This document shows positions 45,451-53,615 of a stretch of DNA of 64,000 bases, piece by piece. Position 1 is the first letter of the stretch. Every line of letters begins with the position of its first letter. The DNA is from an uncultured Actinomycetota bacterium (GTDB lineage: Bacteria; Actinomycetota; Actinomycetes; Streptosporangiales; Streptosporangiaceae). A model generated the notes under the pieces. It did not search any database and was not told where the DNA came from. It saw only the letters and a list, made by a program, of their open reading frames with translations. The position numbers and the translations under genes were made by a program. The stretch is from the NCBI GenBank assembly GCA_963844625.1, contig CAWJPF010000020.1:52946-116945 (forward strand). The letters are read 5' to 3'.

Positions 45451-46062
45451 GTGACCGAGTATCTACCCGGGGGGCCGGCCTCCCGCGATCGGGGGAAAGC
45501 CATCTCCCCGGACTCCCGCGGCGAGGTCGGCGAGCTCGGCGAACAGATCCGGCTGGTGGCCCGCGGGGACGCGATGGCGTTCGACGCCGTCTACGAGCAG
45601 ATCGTCTCGTCGGTCTTCGGCGTCGTCAGGCGGGTCATCCGTGATCCGGCTCAGTCCGAGGAGGTCACCCAGGACGTCCTGCTCGAGGTCTGGCGTAACG
45701 CGGCCAAGTTCGATGCCGACCGGGGCAGCGCGATGGCCTGGGTGATGACGCTGGCCCATCGCCGGGCCGTGGACCGGGTCCGGTCGGTGCAGAAGGAATC
45801 CGAACGCGAACTCCGCGTCGCGACGGCCGACGTCCCCTATGACGAGGTGGCCGAGGCCGTCGAGTCCACTCTTGAGCGCGAGCGGGTCCGGCGCTGCCTG
45901 AGGTCTCTCACCGAACTGCAGCGCGAGTCCGTCACCCTGGCCTACTACGGCGGCTACACCTACGGCCAGGTCGCCAGCCTCTTGGGCGTGCCGACGGGGA
46001 CGATCAAGACCAGGATGCGCGACGCGCTGATCCGGCTACGGGACTGCCTGGGGGTGGCCTGA
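45451..46062 (+). CDS. sigK: ECF sigma factor, SigK-like
   Basis: 'FDAVYEQIVSSVFGVVRRVIRDPAQSEEVTQDVLLEVWRNAAKFDADRGSAMAWVMTLAHRRAVDRVR' is region 2, and '..LTELQRESVTLAYYGGYTYGQVASLLGVPTGTIKTRMRDAL' is region 4. The start is uncertain. Confidence 0.8.
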   Translation: MTEYLPGGPASRDRGKAISPDSRGEVGELGEQIRLVARGDAMAFDAVYEQIVSSVFGVVRRVIRDPAQSEEVTQDVLLEVWRNAAKFDADRGSAMAWVMTLAHRRAVDRVRSVQKESERELRVATADVPYDEVAEAVESTLERERVRRCLRSLTELQRESVTLAYYGGYTYGQVASLLGVPTGTIKTRMRDALIRLRDCLGVA

Positions 46063-46844
46063 TGAAACGGGAAGCGCACACCCTGGCCGGGGCGTACGCG
46101 ATGGACGCGATCTCCGAACCGGATCGTGCCCGGTTCGAGGCGCACCTGGCCCGGTGTGCGGAGTGCGCGCAGGAGACCGCCAGCCTGCGCGAGGCCACCG
46201 CCCGGCTGGCCGGCGCCACCGCGGTGACGCCGCCTCCGGGCCTGAAGGAGCGGGTGATGGCGGCGGCGGCCATGACCAGGCAGCATCCGCCCGTGACTAG
46301 TGACGCCGAACCCCCGGCCCGGTCGGCCGGGGGCGCCCGGGCCGGGGCCTGGCTCCGCGCGCTGGCCGGACGGGGCTGGCAGGTCCGCCTGGCGGTGGCG
46401 GCGGGCGCCGTGGCCGCCGTGATCGTGCTCGGCGCCGCGGTGGTGTTCGGGGTCAGCAACGGCACCATGCGGCAGCGGCTCAACCAGGCTCAGGTCAGCA
46501 GCCAGCAGATAGCCGCCGTGTTGACCGCGCACGACGCCGTCATGATGACCGGGACGGTGGCAGGCGGCGGAACGGCCACGATCGTGATGTCGCACGCCAG
46601 GCACGCGCTGGTGTTCACCGCCGCCGGGCTGCGCCCTCTGCCCACCTCCCGCGGCTACGAACTGTGGCTGATCGGCGCGGACGGCGACCGGGCGGTGGCC
46701 ATGCTCCGGCCGGGCAGTAACCAAATGACCGGCCCGGTGATCGCGTCCGGGCTGCGCTCGGGTGACCAACTCGCCCTTACCGCCGAACCGGCGGGCGGCA
46801 GCAACCGCCCCACCACCCCGATGATGCTCGACGTCGTGCTCTAG
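46062..46844 (+). CDS. rskA: Anti-sigma-K factor RskA-like (zf-HC2 N-terminus, single TM, RskA C-domain)
   Basis: 'LAGAYAMDAISEPDRARFEAHLARCAECAQE'. There is a TM segment 'VAAGAVAAVIVLGAAVVF'. The C-terminus is 'YELWLIGADG...LALTAEPAGGS'. It overlaps the sigma gene stop (TGATG). Confidence 0.8.
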   Translation: MKREAHTLAGAYAMDAISEPDRARFEAHLARCAECAQETASLREATARLAGATAVTPPPGLKERVMAAAAMTRQHPPVTSDAEPPARSAGGARAGAWLRALAGRGWQVRLAVAAGAVAAVIVLGAAVVFGVSNGTMRQRLNQAQVSSQQIAAVLTAHDAVMMTGTVAGGGTATIVMSHARHALVFTAAGLRPLPTSRGYELWLIGADGDRAVAMLRPGSNQMTGPVIASGLRSGDQLALTAEPAGGSNRPTTPMMLDVVL

Positions 46845-46945
46845 CGCGGCCGCGCTCGTCCGGCCGGGGCTGTCCATCCGGCCCGGCGCCGTTCGTTGTC
46901 GGGGTAACGGGCAGACGTTAGGGTCTGAGTCTGAGGAGGCAGCCG

Positions 46946-47317
46946 GTGAAATACATGCTGATTCACTGCATCGATGAGTCCGCCGAGCGGGCCCGCCGAC
47001 CCGAGGAGCAGCGGGAGGGCGCCCCGTCGATCGAATCCTGGCTGGCGGAGATGGAGGGCCGGGGCGTGCGCCTGCACGGTGACCGGCTGAGGTACGTCAG
47101 CGACGCCACTACCGTGCAGGTCCGTGACCGCGACCTGCTGGTCAGCGACGGGCCGTTCGCCGAGACCAAGGAACAGATCGCGGGGTACGACGTGATCGAT
47201 TGCGCCGATCTGGACGAGGCGATCGAGGTGGCGTCCAAGCACCCGACGGCCTGGTACGGCACCATCGAGGTCCGGCCGATCGCGGGTAATCACTGCGGGG
47301 ACGCCGTGCTCAGCTGA
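46946..47317 (+). CDS. YciI-family protein
   Basis: 'MKYMLIHCIDES...GPFAETKEQIAGYDVIDCADLDEAIEVASKHP' is the YCII pattern. Confidence 0.8.
   Translation: MKYMLIHCIDESAERARRPEEQREGAPSIESWLAEMEGRGVRLHGDRLRYVSDATTVQVRDRDLLVSDGPFAETKEQIAGYDVIDCADLDEAIEVASKHPTAWYGTIEVRPIAGNHCGDAVLS
47274..47306. repeat. 33-nt core at the yciI 3' end (direct repeat with 51149..51181; attL-like)
   Basis: GGCCGATCGCGG-GTAATCAC-TGCGGGGACGCCG compared with GGCCGATCGCGG-ATCACCAT-TGCGGGGACGCCG gives 29/33 identical with no indel. Confidence 0.6.
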
Positions 47318-47393
47318 GCCGGCCAGGGCCCGGCTGGCCTGTCTTCGCGAGCCTGCGTCCGAACCGGCTGATCGCCTTGTATGGTGCTATGTC

Positions 47394-47858
47394 GTGACGC
47401 TCAGAAGCACGATTTACGCCCGTATGGAGGAGATAAGCTTTCGTTCGGGCGCCGTCGCGGCCGTCGCGGTGCTCGTGGCCGCCGGAGGCGTGATCGCGCT
47501 CGCGGTCACGCTGAGCGCGCATGCCGCGACTAGCGCGGCCGTTCCGGGAGCGGTTGCCCGCTCCGCGGTGCCCTCGTCCCCGGCCCCTACCGCCCCGGCT
47601 CCTTCTTCGGCAGCGCCGCCGACCGCCGCGCCGTCGGCTAGGCCTTCGGCTCACCGGACTTTCCCGGTCCAGAGCTATCAGGCCCCGTCCCAGCAGGCCG
47701 TGGTTACGACGCCGCAGGCCTCGGCCTGGCCAGCCGCCGACCTCCCCAATCCTCACCGCACCCGCCCGCGTCGGGGCGCGCCGTGGCCACCCGGCCGGCT
47801 GGCCTCGCCCGGCCCCGTGAGCTCGCCGTGGGGCTGGTATTTCGGGACGCCTGGCTAG
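47394..47858 (+). CDS. Hypothetical single-pass membrane protein with Pro/Ala/Ser-rich extracytoplasmic tail
   Basis: 154 aa. The TM segment is 'AVAAVAVLVAAGGVIALAVTL'. The remainder is low-complexity, so coding status is moderately uncertain. Confidence 0.4.
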   Translation: MTLRSTIYARMEEISFRSGAVAAVAVLVAAGGVIALAVTLSAHAATSAAVPGAVARSAVPSSPAPTAPAPSSAAPPTAAPSARPSAHRTFPVQSYQAPSQQAVVTTPQASAWPAADLPNPHRTRPRRGAPWPPGRLASPGPVSSPWGWYFGTPG

Positions 47859-47886
47859 CGGGCGCCTGACGCGGGCCGAGGTCTGT

Positions 47887-48402
47887 TCACCATTTCCGGC
47901 CGGGGGCCAGGTCCCGGCGGCCGGTCAGCACGAACCAGGTCATCAGCCCGGTGATATCGGCGAGGGCCGCGGCGGTACCGGGGATCAGCTGCAGCACGGC
48001 CAGCGACAGCGCGGCGGCGATGGCGGCGCGGATGGCCAGGCGCAGCGGGCGGCCGCGGCGGATCCGGGCCGGGAGCTGCCACAGCGCCCAGGGCGGCGCC
48101 CAGGGTAGGTCGGCGGGCGTCAGGTCACCGGCGGCGATGACGGGCAGCGGCACGGTGACCGGCTCGGCCTCGGCGCCGGCCAGTCCCGCCTGCCCGGCCA
48201 GGTCGGCATAGGCCTCGCTGCGGCTCCACGGGGTCCGCAGCTCGGCGTAGGCGGCCGAGGCGGCGGTGTACCGGGCCAGGTCCCCGCCGTCGGCGCGGTC
48301 GGGGTGGGTGGCGGCGGCCATCGCGCGCCAGGCGGCGCGGACCTGCTCATCGGTCAGGTCGGGGCGGGCGGGCAGGCCGAGCGCGTCGAACGGATTCATC
48401 AT
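47887..48402 (-). CDS. J-domain (DnaJ-like) protein with C-terminal membrane anchor
   Basis: 'NPFDALGLPARPDLTDEQVRAAWRAMAAATHPDRADGGDLARYTAASAAYAEL' is a J-domain with the HPD tripeptide. The C-terminus 'LAIRAAIAAALSLAVLQLIPG..ITGLMTWFVL' is hydrophobic. Confidence 0.7.
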   Translation of the reverse strand: MMNPFDALGLPARPDLTDEQVRAAWRAMAAATHPDRADGGDLARYTAASAAYAELRTPWSRSEAYADLAGQAGLAGAEAEPVTVPLPVIAAGDLTPADLPWAPPWALWQLPARIRRGRPLRLAIRAAIAAALSLAVLQLIPGTAAALADITGLMTWFVLTGRRDLAPGRKW

Positions 48403-48404
48403 CG

Positions 48405-50273
48405 TCAGCCGGCTCCGGGTCCGAAGACGTCATCGAGGCTGGCCGGGACCGCCGCGGCCGGGGTCGCGGGTTCGTGGCGGGGAACGGGTACGCGGGTCAC
48501 CGGCTCAGCGGCCGCGGCCGGGGCCAGCAGGGTGAGCGGGGACGGCTTGGGCCGGGCGACCTGGACGAAGGTGGCGGCGCCCTGGTGGATGTAGCAGGCC
48601 TGCCCGACCTCCTGGCGGCGGATGAGGTCGGGGTCGGCGATCAGGGCCTGCCGCTCGCGGGTGGTGCCCTCGTCGCCCCAGATGTTGCCGACCAGCTTGT
48701 GCGCGGTCTCGAGCACCCGCCGGGCCCCCGCCAGCGCCGCCAGCGGGTCGGGATAGGGGGTGCGCATGACCCAGATGCCGCCGTCGGCCGTGGCCGCGAT
48801 CCGGTACCGCTCGTCCTCGCATGAGCCCAGGCCCTGCCAGGACTGGGCCGAGACCTGCACGCCGATGCCGAGGGAGCGGCCGCGCTCGTACAGGTTCGAG
48901 AGCGGCACCCGGCCGGAAACCGCGGAGTAGTCATCGGCGGCCAGCAGCATGGCCCGGGGCTCGCCCGCCAGGTCCGTGGCGGCGTGCGCGGCCAGCTCGG
49001 TCAGTGCCATGGCCTGGGCCTCGGCGACTGAAGGTTCCCGGGTTCCTTCCAGGATGAAGTACCAGGCATCGGCGTCGGCCAGGGTACCCGGGCCGTCCAG
49101 CGCCGGACCGAGGCGGCCGAGCAGGGTGGCGTACCGGAGCTGGATATCGGGCAGGTGCCTGGCCGCCGCCCGGACCCAGGCCGCCTGCCCGGGATAGCGC
49201 GCGGGATCCCAGGCGGCGGTCAGCCAGCGGGCCTCCAGCCGGTCCAGGAACCCGGCCACATTCAGCGGCGGTCCGCAGGGCGCCGTAACCGCCAGGGTGA
49301 GGACGGCCTGCATGACGTCGGCGTAGTACGCGGCGGCCCCGGTGCCGCTGTCGATCATCTGGTAGAGCAGCACGGCCAGGTCATGCGGCGGGAGGTCCCA
49401 CAGGGACAGGCGGGCCTCGTCGGGCCAGATCGCGACCCGGCGGGCGCCCGCGCCGTACAGCAGGCGGCGGGTCCGGTTCGCCTTGCTGCGGGCATCGGCG
49501 CCGCCCTTGCAGTCCAGCACGATCAGCAACGGGCGCTTGCCGTGCCCGGCCCGGGCCGCGGTCAGCGCGGCGGTGAACCAGCCCGCCCACAGCCGGATCA
49601 TCAGGTTCGTCTTCCCGCTGCCGGTCGAGCCGACCACCACCATATGCCGGGCACAGGCGGTGAACGGGAGGCTGAAGACGGGATGCCAGCGGTGCCCGAT
49701 CGCGCGGATCGTACCGCCGACCGGGATCTGCCCGCCCCGGGCCAGCAGCGGGACCGCGCCGGGCGCGTCGGTCAGGGCCCGGGCGGTGCGGACCTGCCTC
49801 CTCCACTGCCTGGCGTCGAAGGTGATCGGTGCCGAGGCCGTGATCCCGCCCAGCCCGGTGGTGATCGCGTAGATCCGCCACGCCCACGCCAGCGCGGCCA
49901 ACGCCAGCCCGGCCGGGACGGCGACCGGGGCCACCAACACGAACGTGCGGGCCACGCTGATGCAGGTCAGGTGCTGCCAGCCGTGCTCGGTGTCGCTGAC
50001 CGGCGCCATGGCGACCGGTCGCCACGCCCGCAGCAACGCCGCCTGGGCCCCGAGCCAGACCGCGGCCGACGGCAGCGCCCAGGCGGCGGCGCGGCGCAGC
50101 CGGACCGGGGGCCAGCCGCGTAGCCACGCCGCGGCATACCCGGTCAGCGCCACCACCGTGATCGGCCACGCAGCGGCGGCGGCCGCGGCGGCCAGCAGCC
50201 ATTTGGTTACCTTGACCGCCTTGCGCGCCAGCCATAGCCATACCGTGATCTTGACCAGCGACCATACCGTCAT
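48405..50273 (-). CDS. VirD4/TraD-like coupling-protein-type ATPase (membrane-anchored P-loop NTPase)
   Basis: 622 aa with N-terminal TM helices and Walker A 'VVGSTGSGKTN'. It has a Walker-B-like 'MLLAADDYS', followed by 'LYERGRSLGIGVQVSAQSWQGLG', typical of T4CP/TraD C-terminal motor domains. Confidence 0.65.
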   Translation of the reverse strand: MTVWSLVKITVWLWLARKAVKVTKWLLAAAAAAAAWPITVVALTGYAAAWLRGWPPVRLRRAAAWALPSAAVWLGAQAALLRAWRPVAMAPVSDTEHGWQHLTCISVARTFVLVAPVAVPAGLALAALAWAWRIYAITTGLGGITASAPITFDARQWRRQVRTARALTDAPGAVPLLARGGQIPVGGTIRAIGHRWHPVFSLPFTACARHMVVVGSTGSGKTNLMIRLWAGWFTAALTAARAGHGKRPLLIVLDCKGGADARSKANRTRRLLYGAGARRVAIWPDEARLSLWDLPPHDLAVLLYQMIDSGTGAAAYYADVMQAVLTLAVTAPCGPPLNVAGFLDRLEARWLTAAWDPARYPGQAAWVRAAARHLPDIQLRYATLLGRLGPALDGPGTLADADAWYFILEGTREPSVAEAQAMALTELAAHAATDLAGEPRAMLLAADDYSAVSGRVPLSNLYERGRSLGIGVQVSAQSWQGLGSCEDERYRIAATADGGIWVMRTPYPDPLAALAGARRVLETAHKLVGNIWGDEGTTRERQALIADPDLIRRQEVGQACYIHQGAATFVQVARPKPSPLTLLAPAAAAEPVTRVPVPRHEPATPAAAVPASLDDVFGPGAG

Positions 50274-51004
50274 AGCGCCGCCTCAGCGGAGAACGCGGCG
50301 GCAGGCAGGTCGCGGATTACGACCCGGGCCTGCTCGCCAGCTGGTAGTCCGCTCGCGGCGCGGGTCACGACCGGACGGGCGGCCGGTGCGGTCAGGTAGA
50401 TCACCTGGGCGTACCGCATCGGCGCCAGCAGCCCGGCCATGATCCCGGTGGTCCTCGCGACCGGCTTGGGCGTCAGCTCCACCTCGACCGCCCACACCTG
50501 GCCCGCGTAGGGGCGGCCCTCGATGCTGGGCCAGTGAATCTCCGCATCCGCCACGTGCCCGCGGCCCAGCGGCGGCCGGACCGCGCGCAGCCGCCGCTCG
50601 GAGTGCCACCACGGGCGCCCGTCCCGCCACGCCGGGCTGGCCTGCATCCACAGCCTCGCAGCCAGGACCGCGCGGATGTGCGCCAGCCGGGCCAGCGCCG
50701 GCTCGGTCGCGGGAAACCCCAGCCCGGTCGCGGTCATCCCGTCCCGTGTCAGCCAGCACCACCCCGGCCCTGGCCCGAGCCGGCCGGTAGCGGCGTACCC
50801 GATGCGGCGCCACCGGGCCGTGATCGACGGCAGCCGCTCCGGCTGAACCCGCAGCGCCGCGGCCAGCAGATCGAACGGCACGCCGTAATGCTCCCCGGCC
50901 AGCAGCAGTCCGTCGATGTCCCGCTGGCTGAGCCGGACCGTGTCGGCCCCGGCGCGGCGGGTCGGCCTGGCCGAGGGAACCGTGTTATGTGCCCGTGCCG
51001 GCAT
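50270..51004 (-). CDS. Replication-relaxation family protein (wHTH + C-terminal nuclease-like domain)
   Basis: 'LSQRDIDGLLLAGEHYGVPFDLLAAAL...ARWRRIGYAATGRL...LAHIRAVLAARLW...HVADAEIHW...VWAVEVELTPK'. An ATGA overlap links it to the downstream ATPase gene. An alternative upstream start lies at 51139. Confidence 0.6.
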   Translation of the reverse strand: MPARAHNTVPSARPTRRAGADTVRLSQRDIDGLLLAGEHYGVPFDLLAAALRVQPERLPSITARWRRIGYAATGRLGPGPGWCWLTRDGMTATGLGFPATEPALARLAHIRAVLAARLWMQASPAWRDGRPWWHSERRLRAVRPPLGRGHVADAEIHWPSIEGRPYAGQVWAVEVELTPKPVARTTGIMAGLLAPMRYAQVIYLTAPAARPVVTRAASGLPAGEQARVVIRDLPAAAFSAEAAL

Positions 51005-51148
51005 GATGTCCCCAGGTGCTACTGCAGTCACATGAATCTCAGTTGCCCCGTGTGTCCAGAACCACACAGGATGTGACGATTGTTCCGCCGGAAACCGGTG
51101 CCGGATGTGGTTGCGCGCTCCCCGTAAGCGCATCGTCATGATTGGTAG

Positions 51149-51181
51149 GGCCGATCGCGGATCACCATTGCGGGGACGCCG
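51149..51181. repeat. Second copy of the yciI 3'-end core (attR-like; orphan, no gene body upstream)
   Basis: It would encode PIADHHCGDA in register with YciI PIAGNHCGDA. Similarity to yciI stops about 5 nt upstream of the block. Confidence 0.6.
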
Positions 51182-51315
51182 CGCGGCTAGCTGACCCGGC
51201 AGACCAGCGCAGACCCCGTTTATTCCGAACGTGCATGGGTGCTTCGATCCGGAAACCCTCCGCGCCCGCAGGATGCGAGGGCTGGCCGCCGGCTGGACGC
51301 GTTCGGCGCGCCTGG

Positions 51316-51786
51316 CTAGGCGCCCGGCCGGTGCGGCATGCCGATGCGGCAGCAGGCCTGGACCGGGCTGGGGAGGGGCGCGTGCTCAGCGGCCAGGGCT
51401 GAGACGGCCCGGGCCGTCTCAGGCGGCATCGGCGCCACCCGCTCCTGGCTGACGTGCAAGAACATCAGCTCGCAGGTTGCGGCCAGCCGCTCGGCGCACC
51501 TCATCTCGTGGAACACCTGCAGCCGTTTGGCGTCGTGGCCCAGCAGCCGCGTCCGGTAGTTCAGCGCGGCGCCCTCGGTGACTCCGGACAGGAAGCACAG
51601 GTGGCTTTCCGCCGTGTAGATGCCACAGCCGGTCCGCGCACGGTAGGCGGCGCCCACGCCGAGGTGGTCGAGCAGCGCCTCGGTGGCCTCGGTGAACGCA
51701 ATGAAGTAATAGGCGTCCATCATGTGGCCGTTGTAGTCGATCCACTCCTTCGGGACGACTCGCCCGCCGGTATCCAGCCCGCTCAT
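51316..51786 (-). CDS. Hotdog-fold acyl-CoA thioesterase (betainyl-CoA thioesterase-like)
   Basis: 156 aa from the ATG at 51786 ('..EWIDYNGHMMDAYYFIAFTEATEALLDHLG...YTAESHLCFLSEV-like'). It has an ATGA overlap with the ABC ATPase stop. The longer 361-aa ORF is an artefact. Confidence 0.7.
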   Translation of the reverse strand: MSGLDTGGRVVPKEWIDYNGHMMDAYYFIAFTEATEALLDHLGVGAAYRARTGCGIYTAESHLCFLSGVTEGAALNYRTRLLGHDAKRLQVFHEMRCAERLAATCELMFLHVSQERVAPMPPETARAVSALAAEHAPLPSPVQACCRIGMPHRPGA

Positions 51787-53615
51787 CCAGGCGCGATCCC
51801 GGGGACGTCGGCCAGCAGCTGGCGGGTGTAGGCGTGCTGGGGCGCGGTCAGTACCTGCGTCACCGAGCCGCGCTCGCAGACCTCTCCGGCGCTGATCACC
51901 GTCACGTCGTCCGCGATGCTGCGCACCAGCGGCAGGTTGTGCGTGATGAACAGCAGCGCGAGTCCGCGTTCGGCCTGCAGCCGCAGCAGCAGCTCGACGA
52001 TCGCCGCCTGCACCGACACGTCCAGCGCCGAGGTGACCTCGTCGCAGACCAGCAGGTCGGGTTCGAGGACCAGGGCGCGGGCCAGCGCGACCCGTTGGCG
52101 CTCCCCGCCGGAAAGCTCGTCGGGGTAACGGGCGGCGAAGGATTCCCGCAGCGCGACGGAGGTCAGCGCATCCCCGATCCGCTGCCGGTGTTCCGCGCCA
52201 GGGAGCTTGTGAAAGTGCGCGAGCGGATGCCCGACGATCTGACCGACGGTCTGCCGGGGGTTGAGCGAGGAGTACGGGTTCTGCGAGACGAACTGGATCC
52301 GGCGCAGCTGGTCTTGCGTCCGGCCGCGGACGCCGGGCGGGAGATCCTGGCCGTCGAACTTGATGGTCCCTGACCAGTCCTTGTGCAGCCCGACGACGCA
52401 CCTGGCCAGCGTGGTCTTGCCCGAGCCCGAGGTGCCGACGATCGCGACCGACTGCCTGGCTCCCACGACGAGGTTGACGTCATGCAGCACCAGCTTGTTC
52501 GTGTAGGAGACCGACACGCCGCTGATGGTGAGGACCGGCTCCTCGGCCGGGGGCGCCGGGCGCTGGCTGGCCAGCGTGGCGGTGCTGGACAGCGCCTTGA
52601 TCTCCACGGCGCGCACGCACCGGGCGACGTGCCCAGTCTCGGACACGGTGATGAGTTCCGGCTGGCGCTGCTCGCACTGGGCGACCGCGAACTCGCACCG
52701 CGGCTGGAAGAAACAGCCGGCTGGACGGCTGCCAGGCCGTGGCGGACTGCCGGCCATGCCGTGCAGCTCGTAGGTGCCTTCCAGCACAGGCACGGCCCGC
52801 ATTAGCCCCCGGGTGTACGGATGGGCCGGGGCTGTGAACAGCTCCCGCGCCTGACCCATCTCGATCAGCCGTCCGGCGTACAGGACCGCGACATGGTCAG
52901 CGATCTCGGCTACCACGGCGAGGTCGTGGGTGATATAGACGGCCGCTACCTGGTAGGACCGGCACAGACCCCGTACGGTGTCCAGGACGCGGCGCTGGGT
53001 GGTGACATCGAGGCCGGTCGTGGGCTCGTCAAGCACGATCAGCTGTGGTCGGCAGGCGAAGGCCATGGCCAGGGCGACCCGCTGCTGCTGGCCGCCGGAA
53101 AGCTGGTGCGGGTAAGCGGCCAGGATCGGAGCCGGATCCTCCAGCCCGGCTTCGGCCAGCACGTCGGTCAGCCGGTCCGGGTCGCCGCCGTGGATGGTAA
53201 AGACCTCGCGCAGCTGAGTGCCGACCTTCAGCACCGGGTTCAGCGCGCTGCCCGGATCCTGCGGGACGTAGGCGATCGTGCGGCCGCGCAGCTTCTGCAG
53301 CTCGTGTTCGGGGAGTGCCAGGATGTCCCGGCCGTCGACGAGCACCTTGCCGCCGCCGAGCCTGAGCCCGCGCTTGAAGAGCCCGAGCAAGGCGAGGGCG
53401 ACCGTCGTCTTGCCCGATCCCGATTCGCCTACCAAACCGAGCACGTGCCCGGGCTGGACGGTGAACGATATCTCGTCGATGACGTCCGCGTCCGGCCGCC
53501 CGCGCCGCGGCGTCATCAGGATGCGCAGGTTCTGTACCGCGAGCCGGGGGGTGGCGTGGCCGGTTTCCGCTCGGCCCGCCGTGGTCACCGGGATCTCTTC
53601 GGACGGGGCGGTCAT
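51783..53615 (-). CDS. Fused DppD/DppF-type ABC ATP-binding protein (two NBDs)
   Basis: 610 aa from the ATG at 53615, which has an ATGA overlap with the permease stop. There are two Walker A motifs ('GESGSGKTT', 'GTSGSGKTT') and two signatures ('LSGGQQQRV', 'LSGGERQRV'). Confidence 0.85.
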   Translation of the reverse strand: MTAPSEEIPVTTAGRAETGHATPRLAVQNLRILMTPRRGRPDADVIDEISFTVQPGHVLGLVGESGSGKTTVALALLGLFKRGLRLGGGKVLVDGRDILALPEHELQKLRGRTIAYVPQDPGSALNPVLKVGTQLREVFTIHGGDPDRLTDVLAEAGLEDPAPILAAYPHQLSGGQQQRVALAMAFACRPQLIVLDEPTTGLDVTTQRRVLDTVRGLCRSYQVAAVYITHDLAVVAEIADHVAVLYAGRLIEMGQARELFTAPAHPYTRGLMRAVPVLEGTYELHGMAGSPPRPGSRPAGCFFQPRCEFAVAQCEQRQPELITVSETGHVARCVRAVEIKALSSTATLASQRPAPPAEEPVLTISGVSVSYTNKLVLHDVNLVVGARQSVAIVGTSGSGKTTLARCVVGLHKDWSGTIKFDGQDLPPGVRGRTQDQLRRIQFVSQNPYSSLNPRQTVGQIVGHPLAHFHKLPGAEHRQRIGDALTSVALRESFAARYPDELSGGERQRVALARALVLEPDLLVCDEVTSALDVSVQAAIVELLLRLQAERGLALLFITHNLPLVRSIADDVTVISAGEVCERGSVTQVLTAPQHAYTRQLLADVPGIAPG

